DNA of 62,662 nt, filler included, from Platydemus manokwari (GCA_037951405.1; 5 parts of 5 records of this genome joined end to end with filler, not necessarily neighbours in it); one strand, 5' to 3'; shown: positions 1 through 14,000, counted from the first letter of the whole stretch. The notes: generated by a model not told the origin, from the sequence alone. A program made the numbers and translations.

Positions 1-46
1 TATCACTTAATTTTGTCATAATGTTCGTGTGTTTCATAGTAAGCTT

Positions 47-80
47 GGCGGGCCGTACTTTGGAGACCCCTGATCTAGAG
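47..80 (-). mobile_element. Terminus of a hAT (Charlie-like) DNA transposon plus 8-bp target site
   Basis: Reverse complement of 47-72 reads CAGGGGTCTCCAAAGTACGGCCCGCC, typical of Charlie/hAT TIRs; the flanking ATCTAGAG (73-80) fits the NTCTAGAN target consensus. Confidence 0.7.
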
Positions 81-3000
81 AACCGAATTAAAAATTTTAT
101 TGAAATAATATTAAACATTTTAAAAAGGAAAATCTAAAATCTCTTGGTGATATTGATTGAATATTGATATTAAGATGAGATGATATTAACCGAGTTCAGA
201 TATATTTACAAATTATTATATTAATATATAATTCTATTAAAACTCGTCGCATAGTTAGCTTTGTCTATCATTTTTCTGTAATATCACAACACAGAAGGAT
301 CTTGTAGCTGAGCATTATAAAATACGATAATATAATAAGCTACATAATATTATTTCAGGATTAATAGTAGAATATGAATATTTTATCGGGAAAATATAAT
401 GCTTAACATTATAATTATAAACTTTGAACATAGGAATTGCATTGGTTTTATAAATCCGATTTATTACAATGTAGATGAAGTGTATTTTTATATCTTAATG
501 AAATAAACATTTCGTCAAATGAATTGACATCTTGATCTTGATCTTGATATGGGTTTGTAAATAACAGAAATATCAAAGATAAGCAAACAGAGGAAGTGGA
601 AATAATTTGACCGAGATCAATATTGTAGAAAACTACATGTTAGATATTGATTAGCTGAAATTAAATAATGCTTGAATTAAGTATTTAAGAAATTATTTAT
701 AATTCTATATTTAATTATTTTGTTGAATAGATTATTAACATCCTGTTGGTTCCGTGAAGATTAGTGATATCCGCTGAGTTATCATTAATCGGCTTTAATA
801 AGAAACTTAAAAATTTAATTAAAAGTTAGTTAAAATAATGAGATATCTTAGACTCAATTAATAGCAAACAATATTTTCATACGAGGTCATAATTCGTCGA
901 ACTAGAGCTTTCAATCTGTCTTTGGCTATTTTTAAAATTGTTGTTTATCAATGTAAGAATTTTTTAAAGGATTATGAGAAAAAATTCAAATAATTTGTTT
1001 TAATATTTAGATTAAATGTATTTTTGGTGTTGGACGTCTTAAATTGTTTTCAACATCTTTTTAATGAGATAATAATACCAAATAACGATCGATTAAGTGA
1101 ACTAATGTCAACCGTATTTAGTAAAGTAATATTAGAGATTTCATAAAAAAATAACTTTTATTAAACAAAATAAATTAACGATCGATAATAAATGGTGAAT
1201 TAATTTTCGATCGGAGTGAAATTAACCGAATTCAGTTCAATTAACATGAACAGAAATGACTTTTTGATCTTTTTGAGAATGTACTATTAATGTTTGAATG
1301 AAATCGATCTCACTAATAATAAAATTTGAAAACAATTCTATTTGGGTTACCTTGGATAATTGACATAAAAGTCTCGAATTTAGATTTATCAAATTATATT
1401 ATTTTAGTTTATCAGTAAAAGCTTTAATTTTAAATTTATTAAAAAAAATTGCTCATTCCCTGAGCAAATAGCAATACGGTTGTTGCAATAAAATGAACTC
1501 ACAAATGAAATTTATTGCATCGTGACGTGTATTCAATAGAAATCCACCAGACAAATAAGAGAGGAAATTTAGTCAGATGATGAATCTGTGACACTGACTC
1601 TGAAAAGATAAATTCTTTCTGTTTTCCGGGGTTATTTGTAGGTAAGTCTGAATAAAACAACATCAGAACGAATCTGATTCGTGAAAAATATGTTAGAAGA
1701 CGTATTATTTTGCAATTATGGTGACACAATATGATCACATGAAATCTAAGTCAAATGATAATTTTTCTAATTAATATTATCTTTATTTACAAGTCTGATT
1801 ATAAAAAAAAATAACTATAAACATTTAATGACTTCTCGATAATTTGATATGGCAGCGTAATTTACCAATGTGACTGCATAAAATAAGTAAGCTGTACTTG
1901 ATATTCTGTGCTCTCGATTATAATTTCAAACTTATAAGCGCATAAATGTCGATCTCATCATCATAATAATTTGTTGATATGAAATGATAACTTGCTGTCA
2001 TTGGAAAGTTTTGATAAGGGTGATTTTTCTCTCGTACATTTTGGTTTGTTTATTAACGTCAATAAATTGGTTATCTAAAATGTTAATTTTAAAATCTTAA
2101 GATTAATTTTCTAAATACTCTCAATCGAATCTGTTTTTGTAATGAAATTATTTGTTCATCTATAATCGATTTTGAATACCTGAACATGGATTATAGGTGT
2201 TTTATTTATTCCTCAATTTTGTTAAAAACAAATGATGGGGAAAATGCAACGTTTTTCTTTTTGTTAATAATATTTTAATCGATCTCAACAACCGAACGAA
2301 AAAGACATCGAGCGGAACATTTTGATATTACGAAAATTATCGAATGAATTCAAATATTTCGAATAAAATTATTTGATTGGTTTAAAAATTTATATAAATC
2401 AGTTTTTATGATTTTATTTATCATATTTTTAATATTGAATCAGTTGTGTTGATATCAGTGGTGATCATTGTAGCAGTCTTCGTGAACAGAAATTCGAATA
2501 AAAATCGATAGAATATCTTTTAGCCAATTAAATTGTATTTAAGCTGTAAAACAAAGACTGGGCGGGTAAAATGATTTGTAAAAATATTTGTTTATTGTTT
2601 GGGTTTAAGAATTTGTTATTTTTTTTTAATTTTAATAATTAATTTAAAAATTATTATTAAAATAATTTTAAAGATTATTTTTAAAAAAACCTCAGAGAAG
2701 TCTGAATAATGTTAGACATCATTTAAGTAATTTTAAATCGAATAGATTTAAAATTCAATGAATTTTAATGAATATAAACGTGAACATATTGTTAATTTAT
2801 TGATTATTTTTATGTATAATCTTTTTAAAAATCATTACTATTTTAAAAACCTCACATTAAAAACAAACTACAAAATCAAGACACCAATAGTCTATTTATT
2901 TAAACAAATAAATTTAATTTTATATAAATATGAGTTTATATAAAATTAGAATTGAAATTTAATTCATTTTAAATATCTCACAACAATATTTAATTTAATC

Positions 3001-3938
3001 GCAACCAATAATCGATCGAATGAAATTTTTTTATCGAAATTTAATGATTAATTAATCGAAAACACATCTTGATATGAATTTTATTCGAAAAATTATAACA
3101 TCATCTTTGTCTGTGTTTGTAGACATTTATAATTTTCTTCCAGCCTCCCTTTATATCATTGGGATTCCCAACATCATTGATGACGAATTTTAATGTTTCA
3201 ATTGTTGCCTATCTTGATTTGTAATTTATTTGTTTCAAATCAATATTGTTTAGCTTTTATATCTGTATAATATTTTCATGTCAATTACCTTATCAGTCTC
3301 TTTTGTCATTTATATCGATACAATTTAAGTAATACATTTTTATTCGAAATCGAAATAATTTTTGAGAGGTAGTTGTGTCCTGGCTGAGACTATTTCAGAG
3401 TAGTCTATACAATGAATCCGATACGGCATATATGTTTCATTTTAAAATCTAATATATTGACTAAATTCGAGAATATCTATAATAAAAAATGATTTTATTT
3501 TTTTTCGGATTTTATTTTTAAGCATTTTTCATCCACCTGGACACAAGAAAATTGATGTCAATATTTCTAGCAATGTTATACTTTCAAACGAGAAAAAAAT
3601 GTTATTTGCATAAAATTGCTCGGCTGTTATTGGTAAACTCGTATGTCGAGGTTGTTTACGTCAGTCTATTAATAGTATCAAATACCAGAGTATTAATCCA
3701 TGTGTCTGTGATGTATTTATATCACTGCGCTTTCACATGATATTAATTTGAGAATTGCTCTGATGAGATTATGTATATGGTTCTATTAATAGAATAGTGA
3801 CAATTGATCCAACTAATGATGTCTTTAAGCTGTTGATTCGATATAGATTTTATATGAGATAATCGATATTTAATTTTTGTTTTGCCTAATGGATATTTAT
3901 TATTTGAGAATTTTTTCTTATAAAATGATTTTATTCAG

Positions 3939-5936
3939 ACAATATTTTGGAGCACACAAACCAACGGAGAGATTGGAGAAATGAAAGTCAACATGAACTC
4001 CAATAAGCATGATAGGAAAAGAATTGTGTTTGAAAATCAATTATGGATTAATCACAATGTATCGTTTTGTACTGGTCTGAGTTTTGATTGGTTGAGAAAC
4101 CTACTATTTTGGACAAGTGCAAGAGAAAATAAAATTTATGTCACCAATACGATATCTAATTCTACAAGTGTGTTAATCAGCCAAGGTAAATTATTGGTTC
4201 AATTGATTAGTGAATACATTTCTAATTTTAACATTACAAAGCAACAAAGAAATTCTTATTGTCACGATTACATTAATTTGAATACAAAAATTATAAGTGT
4301 TTTCATATGATGACGATCATTTTTAACTATTTACTGTTTATAATCGATTTTTTCTTTGTTATATTTACTGATAATGATTAATATCATGGTTATTAATTTT
4401 CGCTACTTTCCGTTATTGTTTTAAATGTAATAAATTGTTTATCGATTTTTCTTCATTTAATTCTAAAGGTGGAACCATAATTTTCATGGAATAATTTTCG
4501 TTTTCCAATTCGATGTAAAGAAAGAAAATCTATGTTTTTTTTGTTTCATCGTGTGCTATTAAAAGTAAAAGAAATTAAAAAAAGAAAGTAAATAAAGATT
4601 TTGTTTATTTCTTTACAACAACTCAAAGTTTTGATGACTTGTGTTTTGTTATTGTGACGACGAATAGTTCAAGTATTAATTTGATACTAGAACTATTATC
4701 TATGTGCTTTAACAATAAACTTATTACCATTACAAAATCAATAAAAGTTGAAACACAACAATCATAAATGAAAGCCAAATTTTAGATCAAAAATATTTCT
4801 ATTCTTGTATTTTTATAGGTTGATAGTTCTTGTGTTAATGTATTTTATCATCTATGTTTTATGATATAAATCTTAACCAAACGATCAATGTTTATCGATA
4901 AAGATCTCATCTCCAGAACTACCGACCCAATATATAATAAAACATTTAGTCTTTTATTTTAAACCTTTAATAAAATATGATAAAAAAAATACTATGGTGA
5001 TATCTATGGTTGATTGTAAAAGATTTTTAATTGTTCCCATTCTGGTCGATATCTAAATATGGATTATGAGAAATTTATTGGATTGTTTCTATTATATCAA
5101 TAAGCGATTGGAAATATATGTTATATGGAATATTAAAACATTCGGTTTTCAGACCTCGAAACGATCCAGTGATTTCTATCGAGTGCAATTATAAATATTT
5201 ATTCAAAGAAAAACATGGAAAATGTAAAAAAACAACGTTATTTAAAATATATTAGTTGAAAGAAATTTTATGAAAATTTATTTATTTATTTGGATATTTT
5301 TGAGTAGGTTACCAGTGATGTCCTTGTGATTTATGTGGGACCCGTGGAGCGGGTTTGAGTGGTGCAATTGATAATGGAATTGTATGTATACATAACACAA
5401 CACTTTAATGACGAACTGATAAGTAAAGACTCCAACTTATCTATAGAAATCCAATTATTTAAACAAATAAATATAATTTTATATAAAATTTTAATTAAAT
5501 TATTTAAAAATATAATTCATTTGAAAACTCACGTCCTCTTTTCTTTAAAATCTGTGACTTTCTAAATTGTCTCTGTATCAAATACTCTACATATTTATTT
5601 ACAGGAAAACTTTGATTCTTTTATCTTCTTAATGTTGTTTTAAATCTACATAATATCCTCTCTACAACTTCTTTATATCTTAATTATATCTTCTTAATAT
5701 TATGTCAATATAGTCTCAGTATCGCCCTCCTTCTCTTCTATAATTTTCGTTCATTGATCTTTTTAAAATCGAATCTATATATGTGGTACCCAGGTATCTC
5801 GCTACAATTTCAAAAATAACACATTAATGACTAACTGAAAAGTCACGAAACCAAATTATCTATTTAAGTTCAATTATTTCAACTAATAAATATAATTTTA
5901 TATAAAATTTGAAATAAATCTTTCATTTAAAAATGC

Positions 5937-5997
<61 letters not shown>

Positions 5998-8900
5998 GTT
6001 ATATAGTTCTTTCCATCTGTGCAAGCCTATTTAGTTTTACAAAACAATTCTTTGAGAATCTTGATATTTCTTGTCATTCAAATCAATCAAAAACCTTTAA
6101 CAACACAGTAAAAACCTGAATAATACCTAAAAATTGGACTGTTGTTTGTTAGATGTTGGTTAAACATCGCTAATGTTGTCGTGAGGAATACAGTAAATAC
6201 ATAATTTCTATCCAAGAATTTTAATTGCCCTTTATATGGTGGTGGAAAAGTTTTGAAATCGTTAATTTACGTTTAAATGAATGTAGCGCTTCATGTTAAT
6301 ATTGATAATTGCGCTAAATGCGTTTCCATTTCCTTTTGATTGTTTTTGTGATTAACTTTTCAATGTAAACTGCCTTAATTAAATTAAATCCGGTAATTAT
6401 TTGGGAATATATAAGGTGTTTGAAGCTTTCCTCTTTTTATTATCTATAACTAGTTATCTTATATATATATATATGTTTGTATCATGTGTCAGAGAATCTC
6501 GATGATCAGAGTTTTCTTTTATATTTTTTGCAAATTTAATAATGAATTTTTGGTATTCTCTTTCATTTTTTACTAGAAATTGCCATATCGGACTTCGTAA
6601 TGAAATTTACTCTTCTTTTGATTGCAAGTAAAACATTTAGAGATTCTAGGTTTGTTAATACTGAAATCGGCATGATTGGTCTAGTTTTTTTTTATTATTA
6701 TAATTGGCTTTTAAAGCTCAAAACGGAAAGCTCTAAAGTTATTTATATTTAAAATTTTTAGATTGAATTGGGAAGCCAGTTTTTAAATTATGTGAGAGTG
6801 ATACGCTTATATGGAATAAAACAAATCATATCATAACAATTGCCCCAATTGTGATAATAAGTTAGAGTGAAGTTGAATAGATGAATGTATGATATGAAAG
6901 ATATAGATTGATAGATTTGAGATCATATCTCTGATACTGATTAATAAAATGGTCGACGCAACCTGCTCTGATTGTCAATCGTTTGTTCAGTATACCACCA
7001 TAAATCTTGATTTGGCAAGACATATGATAAGTCTTTAAATGTTATCATTATCATTCAGATGTCCACAATCCACGGGGTATTGCTGTCAATCCATGGACGA
7101 CTATGATCTACTGGATTGCTTGGGAAACCAATGGTTTCAGTGCCAAAATCGAAATGATGTTCATGAATATGCAAAATAGACAAGTGCTCGTGAAGAGCGG
7201 TCTGAGACAACCTCTAGATTTGGCTATTGATTTGTTAGAGAACAAACTCTATTGGAGTGACATAAAACCGGGATCGATCAGTTATATCGATTTGAATAAT
7301 CCAACAATCGCCAAAGTTGTTATATCGAACAATTTGTTGCATCCGTTTTCCATTGCACTTTTCGAAAATAAGGTAATCCTTTTCTGAGTTGTGTCGGTTT
7401 GAATAAATGATATTCTTCGTCAAGATTTATTGGACTGATTGGAGACAGAATCAAATAATATCTGCTGAGAAAACTGTCGGCCATGATTTCACCGTTTTAG
7501 CCAAAGTAAACAAACCATTAGCCATTCGAATTTTGCACAATTTGACTCAACCACTTTTAACTGCACCAGAAGCCAAATTTCATTCCTGTCTGTCGCATGA
7601 GGTCAATCCATGCTCTCATATCTGTTTGCCTTTTCCACCGATGAAAAACCAAACCTACCACGGCAATCGATTTGTATGTAAATGTCCTGCTGGAACCACT
7701 TTAGCAAGCGATAACAAATCTTGCCACCGTTGTAAGTTTGTACTTTTGTAACTATTAGCAACATTGAATCGTTCTAATATTTGAGTTGACCTTATTCCAA
7801 TGTCACGAATTGAAGTATTAAAATCATTGTTCGTTGTTATGGTCAGTTAAAAGTTGAGTTTTGCTGATGAATATTGAAATTGATAATTATAAAAATGGAC
7901 TCATTTTGTATTGATTTTCACATTTGTGCTGTTTATGATTTGAACAAGGATCGTACTAATGTTATAACCGTTTTCTCGTTGAAGCACTGTGAATATTGAT
8001 GTATTGTGTTGCTAGGAATTGAGCATTGATAGATTAATCGATAAATATTTTTTAAGAAATAATCTAACAACAATTAAAACAAATTCAAACTGGTCAATCA
8101 TTTGACACTAATTTGAATCGGCATTTTTATTTCAAAAAACACTGCACAAAACTATCATTACCATCTTTTAATCTTCAATGAAAGATTATCATAATCTCTA
8201 TAGCTACCGATGAATATTATATTGTTGTGCTATCGTCTACTGTTAATGACTTTGAGATACAATGAATTTGGTACCAATGGATTAATGTAGTGATTAAATG
8301 TTTCGAGATGGTTTCTAATAATATTTACTAGAAAAAAGATAAAAGACCCATCTGTAGATACTAACGATTCGGATAGCTTAATAAATTGACAGAAATAGAA
8401 TTACGAAGTTTATTTTATGGATCGTTTTGATATTTTTTGATAAAAAAATTTAACTTCTCTATAACGATCTATGGTTTATTATTGCTGCATTTTTGAGAAT
8501 AAATATCAATGTTGTAATAAGATTTTCTCCTACAGCCAATTATAGAGTTTGGTCAAGGAGGAAATGTTTTTGCGTATATTCTGCCCGATATAATATTGAG
8601 ATTTGGTGATCTATTTTTTCAATATTTTTGACATCTTCAGTTTATTTTCAACGATGATATGAGATCCCCAACTGATAGAGCGTCAAATGATAATATTTGT
8701 GAGATGGAGTAAGATATGGAGCAAGATATAAAATGAGAATTGTCAGGCCAGCTTGATTAGTTAAACGAAATATCATCAATGGATGGGGATCTCACGGATA
8801 GTCTGTATAAAAATGAGCTTGTTCATAATACCAATAGTTGTTTTAGGGTTTAGAAATTAAATCCGCTAAATAGTTTCATCGAGGTTTAATTGAGTGAAAA

Positions 8901-10028
8901 CCAAAAATCAAAACAAGAATTCACTGTTATAATAAAGAAAATTCCAAAAATAATTATTAAACAAGTGAAATTAAAAACCTATATTAATTGATTTTCATTA
9001 TAATCCTGTATAGCCCAAGTGATCATTGGTACCGATTAAACGATATATAGGATTGGAACGAAAGTCGTATCCGATAGAAAATAACAAATGTGCTGCACTC
9101 AGTTGGACAAACTTGTAGATACGATTCGTGAAAAGAGACGCTGGAAACAGTTTTGAAAAGCTCCTTTTCCTTCACGATAACGGTCGACCGCATGCGTCAG
9201 GTTTAACTCAAAATAAGCTCGCTGAGATCGGTTTTACGGTAATACCGTATCCACCATACTCCCCAGACTTTTCCCCTTCAGACTATTATGCGATTCCTTT
9301 TAGAAATATTTAATTGATTTCATTGTATTTAAACAAAAAGGGTGAAATAAAATAATTTTAAAACAAAATCATGAAAAAAAATGATCTGTTAATAGAAACC
9401 TGTGAATAAAAATAGATAATAATTATTATCGTCAATTATGAAAGTGTAAATGTGATTATAAATAAATGGTATGGAAATGTTATTCTTGATCAGGGTGCTT
9501 TATCTCATAATAGAACAAACTCAAGCTGTCATTGGTTGATTTTAAAATATTTTTCTAATCAAACGTGAGTTGGGTGTTCTAATCAATGTTTGTCGGCATG
9601 GTAATTGAATAATTAAAACAATAAATTGAAATTTCAATGAATTCATTTATTGGTACACTTATTTGCGGCCTATGCGAATTTGAATGAATGGTTTTTGATC
9701 ATTTTATTTTCATTATCGTTCTTAAAATCAATAATTTTGATTTTTTCATTGAATTTTTTTGTAGATTTTTATTGATTTCATTCATTATTTTTCAGTTAAT
9801 CATTATGATATTTATTTGAGCCATTCCAATCGACAACAAATAATACTGGGTGTTGCCTTAAGTTTGATCATGATTCTCTGTCTGTCGTTATCGATTATTT
9901 GCGTTTATATTTGTCGCCAAAGAATCTGGGCCCATTCTAACAAATGTAATAATAGGAAATTCTTCAATCACCCAATAGTGACGGGAGATTTGATGTTCAT
10001 TTTCAAATGTAACAGTCATTCAAGCCAG
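3939..10028 (+). CDS. LDL receptor family (LDLR/VLDLR/LRP/vitellogenin-receptor-like) protein, partial. Exons 3939-4185, 7059-7372, 7425-7731, 9796-10028; 5' and 3' exons not identified
   Basis: Phase-consistent GT-AG exons encode YWTD-type repeats (TIFWST, GLSFDWLRNLLFWTS, PRGIAVNPWTTMIYWI, PLDLAIDLLENKLYWSD, HPFSIALFENKIYWTDW), an EGF domain (CSHICLP...FVCKCPAGTTLASDNKSC), a hydrophobic TM segment (IILGVALSLIMILCLSLSIICVYIC) and a cytoplasmic FFNHPIV. Confidence 0.9.
5334..5940 (-). repeat. Two direct copies (5334-5532, 5782-5940) of a ~160-200 bp LTR-like repeat (family A) flanking ~250 bp; other copies ~2830-2981, ~10849-11040 (inverted), ~50100-50229
   Basis: Shared core AATTATTTAAACAAATAAAT(A/T)TAATTTTATATAAA; ends TGTGG(G/T)ACCC and (AT)CTCAC(A); minus-strand purine tract AAAGAAAAGAGGA abuts the 5532 end. 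Confidence 0.6.
5936..5997. repeat. Compound microsatellite (CT)n(CA)n(TA)n
   Basis: Directly visible. Confidence 0.95.
9085..9292 (+). mobile_element. Mariner transposase C-terminal fragment inside an intron of the LDLR-family gene
   Basis: LFLHDNGRPH and YPPYSPDFSPSDY match the mariner HDNARPH and YSPDLAPxD motifs; truncated on both sides. Confidence 0.88.
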
Positions 10029-10254
10029 GTAAGATTTTTGGACATTTTGTGTATTTCTTTATCGATTGGGGAAAAATTAATGAATATCAATTATTTAATC
10101 GGGTTAATAAATTTCACATCACAAAGTATTTCTTATCACTGTGAGAAGTCTGGTTATTTGGAACAGTAAACACACCATTTAATTTCATAAAAAATTTATT
10201 AAATTTGAATAGCCACGGTTTTTAGAATATTTAAACAAATCGAATATCTAAGAT

Positions 10255-10775
10255 TTATCTAACTTGTCTTTCCGGTTGTTTTTGAGATCTTTTTCAGCCA
10301 CTTAATTCTTCGAGGTTCTGTCTGTCCGGAAATCAAGAACTGCTTGTGGGCTTGAAAATTTCAAAAATCTGTGAGGATTTTCATAACGATCTCCGTTCTT
10401 CTTTATCTTGTACGGTTTTTTCTTCACTAAAACTTCTTCTCCCACCAAAAAAATTCTACAACCTCTTTTTTTAGCATCAAATTTCCTTAAATTTGTGGAT
10501 ACTGATTTAGCCGGGTTTCCCGTTTCTTTGATGATCTGGTCATGGTGGCTTGGTTCATTTAGTTGTAACCAATGTATATTATCGTCGTCCAAACAAAATT
10601 TCAAAAAGAGAATGTCGAATTGAGTTTTGATATGTTGCGTTGATGATAAATTCTATCCGAGGTATTAATTTATCCCAAGCCTGTTTCTCTGATGCCAACG
10701 TTGTTACCACCATATCTCGGACCGTTCTTTCGATCAAGCCATTTGCCTGGTGTTGTTATGTAAATTCTTGCTATC
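10255..10775 (-). mobile_element. Ty3/gypsy integrase C-terminal fragment (degenerate); homologous to ~19830-20350
   Basis: Minus strand HQANGLIERTVRDMVVTTLASEKQAWD and FLVGEEVLVKK...DRYENPH (GPY/F-like region); near-colinear nucleotide similarity with the copy at ~19.8-20.3 kb. Confidence 0.8.
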
Positions 10776-12178
10776 GTTTCGAAAGTATCAATGAAAATAT
10801 TTCTGAACGGTGATTTCGAGATCCTCTCCGATACTGATTGTGAGATATTTCAAATAAATTGAATTTTGTTTGAATAAAATTTTAATTTAATTAAAATTTA
10901 ATTCTAATTTAATATAAAATCATATTTATATAAAATTAAATTTATTTGTTTAAATAATTGTATTTATATATAATTTGATGTCTTGACTTTTCAGTTCGTT
11001 TATAATGTGTTGTTTTTAAAATATTAGAGGCTTACAATCCGCCTTAAACCGATTATAATTTGACTCCAATGTTTTGGTTCACACCAAAAGAAAACCCAGC
11101 ATTCTTCAAAGCATTTATTTTTGGTTATTTATGAAAATCTGTACAGCAGAAGATTTAAATAACAAAGGTTAAACCATTGTGGTATGTTAAAGAAAAATAA
11201 GATCAGCTCTTGATACTAACTAGTAGGAAATTATCTCCTGACCGTTCTATTAATTTATACTGTGGCAAGGACCACATTGTGCTAGCTCGTTATACTATAA
11301 CATTATATCATTTTAAAATTTCACGGCTCTTACCAACTCGAAGAAACATTGCAGATATTGATAAATAATTTAAATTTTAATTATTTTCTATTTTTCTTGA
11401 AATAGTGAAAATTACAATTTCTAATGCCTATTCACTGTGTATGGCAATACTACTTTGGAAATTGAGAAATCTGGAAATTATTTACTTAACCCGAAAAATT
11501 TTACTAAAATCAATTTTTCATCTATTTTTATTTATCCGAAGTGTGTTTTTTATATTAATTTATATTAAGAAATGTTTCTTTTATTCCCTGAAATTATGGC
11601 CAAAGGAATTTGTATTTATTTAAAGAATTAAAAAACTTAAATTTAAGTTTTATGTAAATCAATGTTTGTATTTTTTATTTAATTCATTAATAATGATCTT
11701 AGTCTTAAATATAAATTTCATTATTTATCTTTGTTTAAATTATTTTCACAGGCTCATTAATAATAATAAATATTTGAAATTTTACTTACATAAGAAAGAG
11801 AAATAACTGTGGCATAGCATGGCGATATGATTGAATGACTGAGTTTGAATCTACCAATACGCGAATTATTTAACGGTGGATTCAAAACTAATCTGAAACT
11901 GTTAAATAGAATGAAGTGAGAAAAATGTTTATCGATCAACCGCCGGTTGAGGTTATCGATGGTTTAATCATCAAACTCTCTTTTCCTTTGGTTGAAAATA
12001 AATTTCATGAAATAAAAACAAATAATCGGATCCATTTTCTGAATGAAAAAATATACTTTAAATTTATTTATTCATTATTCGATAATAAATGTTCTAATGT
12101 ACTTCTTTATAGAAATATCGTTGTTTGAATAAATTGAATAATACAATGTTTTAATTTTAAATCGATTTACTAATGGTG

Positions 12179-12278
12179 NNNNNNNNNNNNNNNNNNNNNN
12201 NNNNNNNNNNNNNNNNNNNNNNTTAATTAATTAANNNNNNNNNNNNNNNNNNNNNNNNNNNNNNNNNNNNNNNNNNNN
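12179..12278. other. Artificial contig spacer N44-TTAATTAATTAA-N44
   Basis: Exactly 100 bp, identical at four places; the 12-mer gives stops in all six frames. Confidence 0.97.
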
Positions 12279-12754
12279 TTTTAAAAATAATTTATTAGGA
12301 TTAAATTATTGGTCATTATAATTTTTATTCCTATAATATCACAAATTAAAGAGTTCATAAAACTTTTTAATATTCCAATATATTTAAACAAATTTCCAGA
12401 TGAGCAATTTTATAATAATGTTCGGTATTATAATCTACAGTTTAAACCTGAAAATTATATTGTCCAAATAAATCCAGTTAAACCTCTTCTCAAATCAACG
12501 ATAATCTATAACTCAAGATGAGACCAACACCCAAAAGTCAAAGACGGAATAGAAATAAAATAAAATGACTGGTTACTGAAAATCACGCAATGTTAAGATT
12601 AATATACAAGTTACCGACCCAACAAGACCCAAATTACTCATGGAACTCAACCTCTTTTATAGACCTATTAGAGGTGTGGCTACTTAATGTCACGGATATT
12701 CGTTTTCCATTTGCTGAATGCGTTCGTTTATTGTTTTGCTTGAAATTTTCCTTG

Positions 12755-12952
12755 TGTTGGTAGATATTTGTGGTTTCTGCCATTTTCATGTATGCGCCTG
12801 TCGATTCTTAATTTCTAAATATGTATTAATATTGGAACGAATCTGATTGACAGACGGCACATATGCTAATCGGATCTGTGTTTGTAGACCGTTTTTGGCG
12901 TTCTTTCCTTAGTTCCTGCAAACCTTTACGTTGATTTGTGATCTATCCAACA
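12755..12952. repeat. Solo-LTR-like repeat (family B), inverted homologue of 49212-49517
   Basis: Begins TGTTGGTAGATA, ends ATCTATCCAACA (inverted termini TG...CA); internal reverse complement matches CAATCAGATTCGTT...AAGAATCGACAGGC at 49335-49389; no clear TSD. Confidence 0.6.
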
Positions 12953-14000
12953 ATAATTATGGTTTATAAAAAGTGATAGATTTAAAATCAATATTAAAGA
13001 GGAGTTTTTTTAAGTTTAAATCTGAAATTGAGTTATTTTTTGTTACTATTCGTTACAATTACGAAGATATTCGAAGATATTAATTGTAACTTCACAAAAG
13101 AAAGTTCAAACCACAAAAAATTATCAAATTTTTAATGCATTAATAAAATGGGTCCATGTCCTACCACTTATTGATAATCTAATAAAAATGGAATAATACT
13201 AACATTTCTATGATTTTACTGTATCTTATGTAAGGTACATGATTTTATAACAAAATTTATGACAAGTACTAAATTTATTTATCAAATATACTGTCTTGAT
13301 GGCAGAGTTTGTGCTCTTTTGGCTACTTTTCCAAGCTTCCATCATCTGTTATCTCGTCCTCTTTTTGCATTATCGATATTTTTGTCATTGAAGAGCTGCT
13401 TGATACCTGAAAAAATCTCTGCGTATTTGGTTTTTATTATCTTGATTTTGGCAATCTAATCGTCTCCTCATCTCCATTTATTCGTATATTCCATTTTTCA
13501 GTATCAATGTATAAAGCCCAATGTAAAAGGAAAAGACACAAAATTTTCACAAGGCATAAAGAAAGAACTTTGATTAACTTTTAATAATTTCAATATCTGC
13601 CCCATCTACCCGTGAAAAGTGTTATTAAGTAATATTAGTGTATAATATGTAGCGGGATGGTTTCAAGTTTTTATAAAAAGAATAAGTAAGTTGCAGTATA
13701 GTCAGTAATAATATTTACGTTAGGTGTTAGAATTTTTATGAACGTTGCTTCTATTCAAATTGATTTATTCATACATGTTACCAATAGACACTTCACTGTA
13801 TTTGAATCAGAAAAAATGTTCTAATTAGTTTGAACCAGGTAGGTATTAGTTAGATAATTAAAGCTGAGTTAATATTAGATGACTATGAAACCTACGAAAA
13901 TCACAGTTTGTAACTGAAATATTGAAGTTATTTAGAATATTTTTAATACTGATTAAGTAATTCTAATTTATCTCCAAATGTTTAATTTTTAATATCATAA

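Noticed and set aside
3523-3740. Possible upstream exon of the LDLR-family gene
   Set aside because: Good acceptor, but no frame gives recognisable LDLa/EGF/YWTD sequence with a compatible donor
12223-12234. Recurrent palindrome TTAATTAATTAA as a biological motif
   Set aside because: Always centred in an exact 100-bp N spacer; artificial linker
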